Part shown: one piece after another, positions 24,739-32,000 of the stretch
Numbering within the stretch: position 1 is the first letter of the stretch
Layout: each line of letters begins with the position of its first letter
Assembly: GCF_000012925.1 (NCBI RefSeq)
Contig: NC_007517.1
Span: 2,820,001 to 2,852,000 of the forward strand
Reading direction: 5' to 3'
Length of the DNA stretch: 32,000 bases
Source of the DNA: Geobacter metallireducens GS-15
GTDB taxonomy: Bacteria > Desulfobacterota > Desulfuromonadia > Geobacterales > Geobacteraceae
Made by a program: the position numbers and the translations under genes
The notes under the pieces: model-generated
Databases searched by the model: none
What the model saw: only the letters and a program-made list of their open reading frames with translations
Told to the model about the DNA's origin: nothing

Positions 24739-24931
24739 GTGTGCCCACCGACCATCCCCCCCTCTTCCGCCTACGGACAAAAAGTTCCGGTACGAGCGGT
24801 AACCTCCCGCAATTCCCGTCACACAGTCCCACGATGATGAACTGAGTCACCCCTCCATTCAATCTTGTACGGTTGTACGGCCATATCAGGCTGAAAGGTG
24901 AGGCACGGAACTTGCTGAGTCATCTCCTGAT

Positions 24932-25459
24932 ATGCGAATCAGATTGCTCAGACTCTGCGCGGCTGCCCTGCTCGGCATCCTGGCAGCCGCTCCGGACGGC
25001 CGGTGTCGACAAGACCCGGACCTGGCTTCGCCTCCCACCGTTGACAGGGTGGTAGTCTACAAATCGAAGCGGCTGCTGGAGCTGCGCAGCGGCCAGAACC
25101 TGATCCGATCCTACCGGGTGGCACTGGGAAGAAACCCCGTCGGCCCCAAGGTAAGAGCCGGTGACTTCCGGACTCCCGAAGGAATCTACCGGCTCGACCG
25201 CCGTTCCCTCCAGAGCCGGTTCTTCCGATCGATCCACATCTCCTACCCCAATACCGAAGACATCGCCACGGCCCGGAAACAGGGAGTTTCTGCCGGAGGG
25301 GACATCATGATCCATGGTCTCCCGACCGGATTCGAGGACCTGGGCCCGTCTCACGCCTCCTTTGATTGGACCAAGGGGTGCATCGCCGTCACCAACGCCG
25401 AGATGACGGAAATTTGGCACCTGGTGCGAAACGGCACCCCGATCGAAATACTGCCTTGA
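24932..25459 (+). CDS. L,D-transpeptidase-fold (YkuD/YafK-like) protein
   Basis: 175 aa with a signal peptide. RLLELRSGQNLIRSYRVALGRNPVGPK ... IMIHG ... TKGCIAVTN shows the His/Cys catalytic motif of the YkuD fold. Confidence 0.8.
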   Translation: MRIRLLRLCAAALLGILAAAPDGRCRQDPDLASPPTVDRVVVYKSKRLLELRSGQNLIRSYRVALGRNPVGPKVRAGDFRTPEGIYRLDRRSLQSRFFRSIHISYPNTEDIATARKQGVSAGGDIMIHGLPTGFEDLGPSHASFDWTKGCIAVTNAEMTEIWHLVRNGTPIEILP

Positions 25460-25489
25460 CCGCGAAAAAGAAGGATTGACCGGCGTCCC

Positions 25490-26440
25490 CTACGGGGCAA
25501 CAGCAAGCGCCACCCACCAGGAGAACACCACCCCCACGGCACTGGCAATTGCCAGCACCGCATTGAGGACCGGACCGGGCTGCCCGAACCTGCCGATCAG
25601 ATATTCCGCCACGGCGCCAAGCGCTATCCCCCACAAAAATCCAAACAGGTGCGCGCCAAGGTCGGTGTGTTCGCCTTCCGTTCCAAGGACCGCCAGGAGG
25701 GCCAGGCCGGCGGCAACCGGGAGCGGCCACCGTCTCTGCAGGTGATGGCGATGGCGCACCACGCTGCTTGAGGCGAGGATGCCGACCGCACCGAATACCG
25801 CGGTGGAAGCACCGACCGAAATGTGGCCGGAGGAGTGAAGTAACGCGTTGACGAGGTTCCCGAGGATTCCCGAACCAAGGATGAGGCTCCAGGCGAGGCC
25901 CGAACCGATTTCGCGACAGAGGAGGATGACCAGCACCCCGCCGATCGCAAGGTTGCTCACAAGGTGCGGCAGATTCGCATGGAGGGTGAGGGCGGTTACT
26001 GCGCGCCACCACTGGCCATCCATGATCTTTGCGGCATCGGCGCTGCCGAGGGCAAGCCAGTCGAGCGGGGGATGACCGGGGAGGGTGACATCAAGCCGGG
26101 TGATGTTGTGAAAGGTGGCCAGGAGAAAGAGGACTGACAGAGTCGCCAGGACATTCCCGTTCATGGTCCTGACCGGTGGTGCCGGCGGAGGCCAGTTGCG
26201 GTTTTCCTCTTCGAAGAGGCGCACCTCCTCCACGGCCCGGTCGTAGAATGACGCCGGCACCACCACGTGCCATCCGTTATCGCTCCGAACACTACGGCAC
26301 GGGACAGCCCGGGACTCAAGGACCAGCCCCCAGAGTTGGGCCTTCCCCTCTTCCAATGCTCCCGGCGCCACGGGGAGCCATAGCTCCTGGCGAAGTGCGG
26401 TATGTACGGTCTCCAACTCCATGAACGATAGTCTAATCAT
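25490..26440 (-). CDS. rhomboid-family intramembrane serine protease
   Basis: 316 aa. Cytoplasmic N-domain followed by a multi-TM core with WRAVTALTLHAN, GASTAVFGAVG (catalytic Ser) and HLFGFLWG (catalytic His). Confidence 0.8.
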   Translation of the reverse strand: MIRLSFMELETVHTALRQELWLPVAPGALEEGKAQLWGLVLESRAVPCRSVRSDNGWHVVVPASFYDRAVEEVRLFEEENRNWPPPAPPVRTMNGNVLATLSVLFLLATFHNITRLDVTLPGHPPLDWLALGSADAAKIMDGQWWRAVTALTLHANLPHLVSNLAIGGVLVILLCREIGSGLAWSLILGSGILGNLVNALLHSSGHISVGASTAVFGAVGILASSSVVRHRHHLQRRWPLPVAAGLALLAVLGTEGEHTDLGAHLFGFLWGIALGAVAEYLIGRFGQPGPVLNAVLAIASAVGVVFSWWVALAVAP

Positions 26441-26486
26441 TGCGAAGCCTGATTGCGACCCATGGGCGAGAAAAAAACGGGCGACT

Positions 26487-27799
26487 CACTACTGTCCGGT
26501 TAATAGTTGAATAAGTTCAGTTGGTTGCGCTCAGGATAATCAGCATTTCGCTTGAGAGCCTCCGCAACCAGCGATGAAATGGGCTTTTTCTCGAACAAGT
26601 TGACCTCCAGAATCTGTAGAAAAGTGTAGAGCGAACACGGAACCCCCAACTTCTTTTTCGTGATCGCCACCAGCAGATAGATGCACAAGGCAACCCATAT
26701 CTGGCTCTTCACGGCATTGACTGACGTTCCGATGAACGACTTGATCCGCAGGTGCTGTTTGATCCATTTGAAAAACAGCTCCACCTGCCAGCGCTGCTTG
26801 TAAATCGCAGCCACCGTCGCTGCCGGAATCTCGAAGTTGTTCGTGAGAAATACGAGTCGCTTGTTCCGTTCTTTGTCAACATAGCTGACCCGGCGCAGTT
26901 TCTCCGGATACCCCTTTTTCGACTTCTGCGTCACCAGGGTGATAATCTGGTCTGCCCGTACACCTGATTCCTTGTCCTTCGGATGGGAATATAACCGCTG
27001 GCATTTCAGGTTGTCCTTTGCCCGAACTACGAAGAATGCTCCCTGCTTGTGGATGGAGTGGAGCCGGGCAAAATCGACATACCCTCTGTCCATCGTGTAA
27101 ATGGCATCCTTTGCAACCGGCAGATGGTCCAGCATCCTGACATCGTGGACCTTGCCAGTGGTAATAGTGACCCAGGTTGGAATGGGACCACGCAGATCAA
27201 TGAGCGTATGCATCTTGACCGCCGCCTTGGTTTTGCGGAACTCGGCCCATGGGAACAGCGTAAGGCACAGGTCGATAGTGGTCGAGTCAAAGGCGTAGAG
27301 CGGTTGCGTAAGCTCAACGGCGATGGCATCAGCCTGGTACAGCTGCTGAGCTATGCCGATCAGTACATGACCGAAGTCTTGGAAGATACGCCAGTCCCTG
27401 CGCTCGTTCGCGTCGGCAAGGGTCGTGCGGGAGACATCACCACGAAAGCCGATGTGGTACAGCTTCTCCTGGTGGGAGTTCAGGCAGGTCTCGATATCCC
27501 GCAAGCTCTCACGGCCAGCCATCTGGGCATAAGCCAGGCAGAGGAACTGGTCATAGGTCGAGAACTTCTTCTCCCGATACTCGCCACGGTGTCGGCGAAC
27601 GCAGAGATTGAATTCGTACCGGGGCAGAAACTGCAGAAGTTGTTTGAAAACGGTCGGACCGGTGTGCATTGCTCCCCTCCTGTAAAGGGAGGAAGGCTAC
27701 ACCCAGAACGAATTCATGTCGAAAAAAGAACAATTGTGCCAAAGAGCAATAAAGTTCAACAAGTTACAGCTGTACAATCAAAGTTTACCGGACAGTAGT
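26487..27799 (-). mobile_element. IS4-family insertion sequence (~1.31 kb) with 10-bp target duplication ACGGGCGACT
   Basis: Inverted repeats ACTACTGTCCGGT (26488-26500) and ACCGGACAGTAGT (27787-27799). Direct repeats ACGGGCGACT at 26477-26486 and 27800-27809. Confidence 0.8.
26500..27669 (-). CDS. IS4-family DDE transposase
   Basis: 389 aa. The N-terminus FKQLLQFLPRYEFNLCVRRHRGE...FSTYDQFLCLAYAQMAGRESLRDIE is DUF4372-like. The DDE body includes FDSTTIDLC, MDRGYVDFARL and YKQRWQVELFFKWIKQHLRIKSF. Confidence 0.9.
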   Translation of the reverse strand: MHTGPTVFKQLLQFLPRYEFNLCVRRHRGEYREKKFSTYDQFLCLAYAQMAGRESLRDIETCLNSHQEKLYHIGFRGDVSRTTLADANERRDWRIFQDFGHVLIGIAQQLYQADAIAVELTQPLYAFDSTTIDLCLTLFPWAEFRKTKAAVKMHTLIDLRGPIPTWVTITTGKVHDVRMLDHLPVAKDAIYTMDRGYVDFARLHSIHKQGAFFVVRAKDNLKCQRLYSHPKDKESGVRADQIITLVTQKSKKGYPEKLRRVSYVDKERNKRLVFLTNNFEIPAATVAAIYKQRWQVELFFKWIKQHLRIKSFIGTSVNAVKSQIWVALCIYLLVAITKKKLGVPCSLYTFLQILEVNLFEKKPISSLVAEALKRNADYPERNQLNLFNY

Positions 27800-27871
27800 A
27801 CGGGCGACTAATAAATAACCAGCACCGGCTTTGAACGCACAGAGGTGCAATTGAATGCTACTATTGCATCC

Positions 27872-29263
27872 ATGACCTCTCCCGACCTCATCAACGACCC
27901 CATCCCGAAGCTCCTCACCCGACTCGCCGTGCCGGTGGGGACCGGCTTTTTCTTCAACACCATGTTCAATGTGGTGGATACCTTCTACGGAGGGCTCATC
28001 TCCACCAGGGCGCTGGCGGCACTCTCCCTCTCCTTTCCCCTCTTTTTCATCGTCCTGGCTATCGGTGCCGGCACCTCCATGGGAGCCACGGCCCTCATCG
28101 GCCACGCATTGGGGAGCGACCAACGGGAGGAGGCGGAGCTCTTTGCGGCCCAGGCCATCTCCTTCGGCGTCATTCATGCCCTCTTCATGACCGTGGGAGG
28201 AGTCGCGGCGGCGCCGGCCCTCTTCAGGCTCATGGGGGCATCGGGCGATTACCTGGACCTGGCCCTGGCCTACATGGATGTCATCATCGCCGGTACCGTT
28301 TTCTTCGTCGGCAACTATGTCCTCAACGCCATGCTCAACGCCTCGGGGGATACGAAGAGTTTCCGCAACTTCCTGGTGGCGGGATGCTTCCTGAACATGG
28401 CTCTGGACCCCTGGTTCATGTACGGAGGGGTGGGCGTGCCGGCCCTGGGGATACGGGGCATTGCCCTGGCCACGGTGGTGGTCCAGGCCGCGGGGAACGT
28501 CTACCTCCTGGGTCGGGTGCGGCGGACGGGTCTTTTGTCGGGGCGCTCGTGGCAACTCCTCATGCCGCGGCGGGAGCCGTTTCGCCGCCTCTTCGGCCAG
28601 GGGATTCCGGCAAGCATGAACATGCTGACGGTGTCGCTGGGCATGTTCGTCATCACCTGGTTCGCGGGGCGGTTCGGCAAGGAGGTGGTGGCTGCCTACG
28701 GCATCGGCACCCGCATCGAACAGATCGTGCTCCTGCCGGCCTTTGGGCTGAATGTGGCGGTCCTCTCCCTCGTGGCCCAGAACTTCGGCGCAGGAAAGCT
28801 TCGCCGGATACGGGAGACCCTGACGAGGGCGCTGCGGGCGGGGCTCCTCATGATGGCAGGGGGGACGACGCTGGTCTTTGCGGCGGCCGAGCCCCTGATG
28901 AAGCTTTTCACCGCCGATCCGCTGGTGGTTGCCCACGGGGTCACTTTTCTCCGGGTGGAGTCGTTGCTGCTGGGGGCCTATGTGATTCTCTACATGAACA
29001 ATTCGGCACTCCAGGGGCTGCAGCGGCCGGCCTTCGCCCTCTGGATCGGGCTCTTCCGCCAGATCATTGTGCCGGTGCCAATCTTCTGGCTCCTGGCCTT
29101 GGTGCTCGGCTGGGGCCCCCCCGGCATCTGGTGGGGATTCTTTCTCGTCACCTGGAGCGCGGCGATGGTGTCGGTCCTCTACACCCGCCGGGTGCTGCGG
29201 CTGGCAACCGAAGAGGCCGATGCGGCGCTCATGCGGAACGGCAACAACGGCCCGCCCCCTTGA
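27872..29263 (+). CDS. MATE-family efflux transporter
   Basis: I prefer ATG 27872 (MTSPDLINDPIPKLLTRLAVPVGTGFFFNTMFNVVDTFYGG) over the track ORF start, GTG 27845. It has 12-TM-like hydrophobic periodicity and typical MATE N-terminal motifs. Confidence 0.85.
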   Translation: MTSPDLINDPIPKLLTRLAVPVGTGFFFNTMFNVVDTFYGGLISTRALAALSLSFPLFFIVLAIGAGTSMGATALIGHALGSDQREEAELFAAQAISFGVIHALFMTVGGVAAAPALFRLMGASGDYLDLALAYMDVIIAGTVFFVGNYVLNAMLNASGDTKSFRNFLVAGCFLNMALDPWFMYGGVGVPALGIRGIALATVVVQAAGNVYLLGRVRRTGLLSGRSWQLLMPRREPFRRLFGQGIPASMNMLTVSLGMFVITWFAGRFGKEVVAAYGIGTRIEQIVLLPAFGLNVAVLSLVAQNFGAGKLRRIRETLTRALRAGLLMMAGGTTLVFAAAEPLMKLFTADPLVVAHGVTFLRVESLLLGAYVILYMNNSALQGLQRPAFALWIGLFRQIIVPVPIFWLLALVLGWGPPGIWWGFFLVTWSAAMVSVLYTRRVLRLATEEADAALMRNGNNGPPP

Positions 29264-29293
29264 CTCCGGGCCGCTTCCCGCTACCCTTTACCC

Positions 29294-30352
29294 ATGCCCG
29301 AATCGATCCTCGCCACTTTCACTGTCAAGCGCCTGGAGATCATCGCCCCGGACGGGACCGCCGACGAGGACCTCGTCCCGGGCCTCTCGGGGGACGAACT
29401 GCGGCGCATCTACTACCTGCTCCTCCTCACCCGCGCCTACGACGGCCGCGCCCTGGCCCTCCAGCGGGAGGGGCGGCTCGGCACCTACCCGTCGGTCCTG
29501 GGGCAGGAGGCGGCCCAGGTGGGGAGCGCCTTCGCCATCCACGAGCGGGACTGGGTCTTCCCCTCCTTCCGGGAGATGGGGGTCCACCTCACCCTCGGCT
29601 ATCCGGCCCACCAGCTCTTTCAGTACTGGGGAGGTGACGAGCGGGGGATGCGAACTCCTGACGGCATGAACATCTTCCCCATCTCCGTCTCCGTGGGAAC
29701 CCACATCCCCCACGCCGCCGGCGCGGCCCTGGCCGCGAAACTCCGGGGTGACCCGATCGCTGTGATCGCCTATTTTGGCGACGGCGGCACCTCAAAGGGT
29801 GATTTCCATGAGGGGTTCAACCTGGCAGGAGTCATGGGGCTCCCGACGGTTTTTATCTGCCAGAACAACCAATGGGCCATCTCGGTGCCCCTGTCGGCCC
29901 AGACTGCCTCCCGATCCCTTGCCCAGAAGGCCCTTGCCTACGGTTTCGACGGCATCCAGGTGGACGGCAACGACGTCCTGGCCGTCTACCGGGCCACCCG
30001 CGAGGCCCTGGAGAAGGCCCGAAGCGGCGGCGGACCCACCTTCATCGAATGCCTCACCTACCGGATGTCCGACCACACCACGTCCGACGACGCGAGCCGG
30101 TACCGTTCCCCCGAAGAAATGGAACAATGGCGGGAGCGGGACCCGATCCTGCGCTACGAGCGGTTCCTGGCGAAGCGGGGACTCTGGAACGAGGACTATG
30201 CCGCCGAGATGAAGGGAAAGGCGGGAGGAGAGATCGACGAGGCGGTGCGGCGCTACGAATCGGTGCCGCCGCCAGCGCCGGGGGAGATGTTCAATTTCGT
30301 GAGTGGGGAGTTGTCGGCGAGGCTGCGGCGACAGCGGGAAACATCTACTTGA
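29294..30352 (+). CDS. 2-oxoacid (pyruvate/branched-chain) dehydrogenase E1 component, alpha subunit
   Basis: 352 aa. TPP-binding motif YFGDGGTSKGDFHEGFNLAGVMGLPTVFICQNNQWAIS, and YRMSDHTTSDD. Confidence 0.9.
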   Translation: MPESILATFTVKRLEIIAPDGTADEDLVPGLSGDELRRIYYLLLLTRAYDGRALALQREGRLGTYPSVLGQEAAQVGSAFAIHERDWVFPSFREMGVHLTLGYPAHQLFQYWGGDERGMRTPDGMNIFPISVSVGTHIPHAAGAALAAKLRGDPIAVIAYFGDGGTSKGDFHEGFNLAGVMGLPTVFICQNNQWAISVPLSAQTASRSLAQKALAYGFDGIQVDGNDVLAVYRATREALEKARSGGGPTFIECLTYRMSDHTTSDDASRYRSPEEMEQWRERDPILRYERFLAKRGLWNEDYAAEMKGKAGGEIDEAVRRYESVPPPAPGEMFNFVSGELSARLRRQRETST

Positions 30353-30496
30353 ATAACACGGAGAGACGGAGAACACGGAGTAAAATCAAGCTGTTATTCT
30401 TCAGCAACAATTTGATTCAGTACTCCTTCTTGGCTCAAAATAAATAAATGGTTCAAGGGGTTGCCTTCTCCGTGCCCTCCGTCTCTCCGTGTTATT
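30352..30496. repeat. intra-operon inverted-repeat element B (between E1alpha and E1beta)
   Basis: AATAACACGGAGAGACGGAGAACACGGAG (30352-30380) versus the reverse complement of 30468-30496, AATAACACGGAGAGACGGAGGGCACGGAG (27/29). The centre is AT-rich. It starts at the last base of the E1alpha stop codon and ends 25 nt before the E1beta ATG. Confidence 0.8.
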
Positions 30497-30521
30497 ACAA
30501 ATTGAAAGGTTTCTATTCACA

Positions 30522-31484
30522 ATGCCTCAACTGAACATGGTTCAAGCCATAAACCTCGCCCTCCGGGAGGAGATGGCCCGGGACGACCGGGTGGTGCTCC
30601 TCGGAGAGGACGTGGGGAGGGACGGCGGGGTCTTCCGGATTACGGAGGGGCTCTTCGAAGAGTTCGGCCCGAAGCGGGTCATCGACACCCCCCTGTCGGA
30701 ATCGGCCATTGTGGGCGCGGCGGTGGGTATGGCGGCCTACGGCCTTCGCCCCGTGGCGGAGATCCAGTTCATGGGGTTCATCTACGCCGCCTTCGACCAG
30801 CTCTTCGCCCATGCCGTCCGCATCCGCACGCGGTCCCGGGGACGCTTCACGGCACCGCTGGTGGTCCGAACCCCCTACGGGGCCGGCATCAAGGCGCCGG
30901 AACTCCACGAGGAGAGCACCGAGGCCTTTTTCTGCCACATGCCGGGGGTGAAGGTGGTGGTCCCCTCGGGACCGTACAACGCCAAGGGGCTCCTCATGGC
31001 CGCCATCCGCGACCCCGACCCGGTCCTCTTCCTGGAGCCGACCCGCCTCTACCGGATGGTGAAGGAGGAGGTCCCCGAGGGTGAGTACACCATTCCCCTG
31101 GGAAAGGCCCGCATCGCCCGTCCGGGAAACGCCGTCACCGTCGTCGCCTGGGGGAGCATGCTCCAGCGGGTCATGAAGGCCGTCGAGGGGTACGACGCCG
31201 AGGTGATCGACCCCATGACCCTCTCTCCTTTCGACTGGGAGGCGCTCCTGGCTTCGGTGGAAAAGACGGGGCGACTGGTGGTGGCCCACGAGGCCCCCCT
31301 CACCTGCGGCCTCGGCGCCGAGATCGCCGCCACGGTGGCCCAGGAGGCGATTCTCCACCTCCGGGGGCCGGTCATCCGGGTGGCCGGACCCGACACGCCG
31401 GTGCCCCTGGCGAAGCTGATCGACCACTACCTTCCGTCGCCGGAGCGGATTCGGGCGGCGCTCGATGACGTGCTGCAGTACTGA
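30522..31484 (+). CDS. 2-oxoacid dehydrogenase E1 component, beta subunit
   Basis: I start the ORF 30489..31484 at ATG 30522 (MPQLNMVQAINLALREEMARDDRVVLLGEDVG...). This is the typical transketolase-like pyrimidine-binding and C-terminal domain. Confidence 0.9.
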   Translation: MPQLNMVQAINLALREEMARDDRVVLLGEDVGRDGGVFRITEGLFEEFGPKRVIDTPLSESAIVGAAVGMAAYGLRPVAEIQFMGFIYAAFDQLFAHAVRIRTRSRGRFTAPLVVRTPYGAGIKAPELHEESTEAFFCHMPGVKVVVPSGPYNAKGLLMAAIRDPDPVLFLEPTRLYRMVKEEVPEGEYTIPLGKARIARPGNAVTVVAWGSMLQRVMKAVEGYDAEVIDPMTLSPFDWEALLASVEKTGRLVVAHEAPLTCGLGAEIAATVAQEAILHLRGPVIRVAGPDTPVPLAKLIDHYLPSPERIRAALDDVLQY

Positions 31485-31494
31485 GGAGCGACCC

Positions 31495-32000
31495 ATGCCC
31501 TTTGACTTCAAACTCCCCGATCTCGGTGAAGGGATCACCGAAGCCGAGCTGAGAAAGTGGCTCGTGAAGGAAGGCGACACCGTTCGCGAGCACCAGCCCG
31601 TGGCCGAGGTGGAAACCGACAAGGCGGTGGTGGAGGTTCCCTCTCCCCGGGGCGGGCGGGTCGGCCGGCTGGCACGGCGCGAGGGGGAGACGGTGGCGGT
31701 GGGCGCGACGCTCTTCACCATCGAGGAGGAGGGTGAAGCCCCGCCGGAGCGACCCAAATCAGTAGGAATCGTGGGGGAGCTCCCCGAGGCGGAGGAGGCG
31801 CGCGAGGTCATCGCCACCCCCCTGGTAAGGAAACTGGCCCGGGAGCGGGGTATCGACCTGGCCACGGTCAGGGGAAGCGGCCCCCGGGGAAGCATCACCC
31901 CCGATGACCTGGAGAAAGTCTCAGCTCCGGTTGCCCAGCCCGCGGAGAGTTTCGGCCCCGTGGAACTGGTCCCCCTGCGGGGGGTGCGCCGCGCCGTGGC
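31495..32000 (+). CDS. dihydrolipoamide acyltransferase (E2), N-terminal part; continues beyond the window end
   Basis: My translation gives MPFDFKLPDLGEGITEAELRKWLVKEGDTVREHQPVAEVETDKAVVEVPSP (lipoyl domain with the ETDKA lipoyl-lysine). This is followed by the peripheral subunit-binding domain ATPLVRKLARERGIDLATVRGSGPRGSIT. Confidence 0.85.
   Translation, partial: MPFDFKLPDLGEGITEAELRKWLVKEGDTVREHQPVAEVETDKAVVEVPSPRGGRVGRLARREGETVAVGATLFTIEEEGEAPPERPKSVGIVGELPEAEEAREVIATPLVRKLARERGIDLATVRGSGPRGSITPDDLEKVSAPVAQPAESFGPVELVPLRGVRRAV

Noticed and set aside
24383-24862. 110-aa (plus strand) and 125-aa (minus strand) track ORFs overlapping the 55-aa gene region.
   Set aside because: Neither has a Shine-Dalgarno sequence or a promoter. 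Both read through the hairpins and the terminator. The 55-aa ORF explains all the expression signals present.

Overview
GC-rich chromosomal window; the protein sequences look Geobacter/Desulfuromonadales-like, which is my recognition and is not verifiable here. The core genes are almost all on the minus strand. In coordinate order they are an MCP fragment, an ABC-F ATPase, a LEA_2 lipoprotein, a lytic transglycosylase, trpB, a VOC-family protein, and then trpF, trpB2, trpC, trpD, trpG and trpE. On the plus strand are htpG, an L,D-transpeptidase, a MATE exporter and a 2-oxoacid dehydrogenase E1alpha/E1beta/E2 operon. A rhomboid protease lies on the minus strand.

Two accessory regions stand out.

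(1) A low-GC island of about 8 kb (about 6300-14416) sits inside the trp gene order, between trpF and trpB. It contains:
- a decayed higBA module;
- a solo Mrr-type nuclease gene;
- an ABC-type ATPase plus DUF4435/TOPRIM pair (PARIS-like) whose ATPase is cleanly split by an IS5-family element;
- a SAM methyltransferase whose 3' end is replaced by an ISL3 insertion.
The gene groups are all co-oriented. They are separated by three near-identical imperfect palindromes of about 85-90 bp and by shorter GC-rich hairpins bounded by RYYYAAC/GTTRRRY-type boxes. I read this as an integron-like cassette array with no integrase in the window. This is a hypothesis and needs a covariance-model search.

(2) Downstream of htpG (22786-24740) the same terminator-like hairpin occurs three times. 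Each copy is followed by a good sigma70-type promoter and a small module: DUF4160/DUF2442, mazEF, and an ORF-track-missed 55-aa Cys-rich ORF. An hsdR 3' remnant also lies here.

A third IS (IS4 family, 10-bp target duplication) sits between the rhomboid and MATE genes. Two related elements of about 130-145 bp with long terminal inverted repeats are lodged inside operons (trpC/trpB2 and E1alpha/E1beta). No rRNA, tRNA or CRISPR array was seen. Most long ORFs on the strand opposite the GC-rich genes are shadow ORFs.
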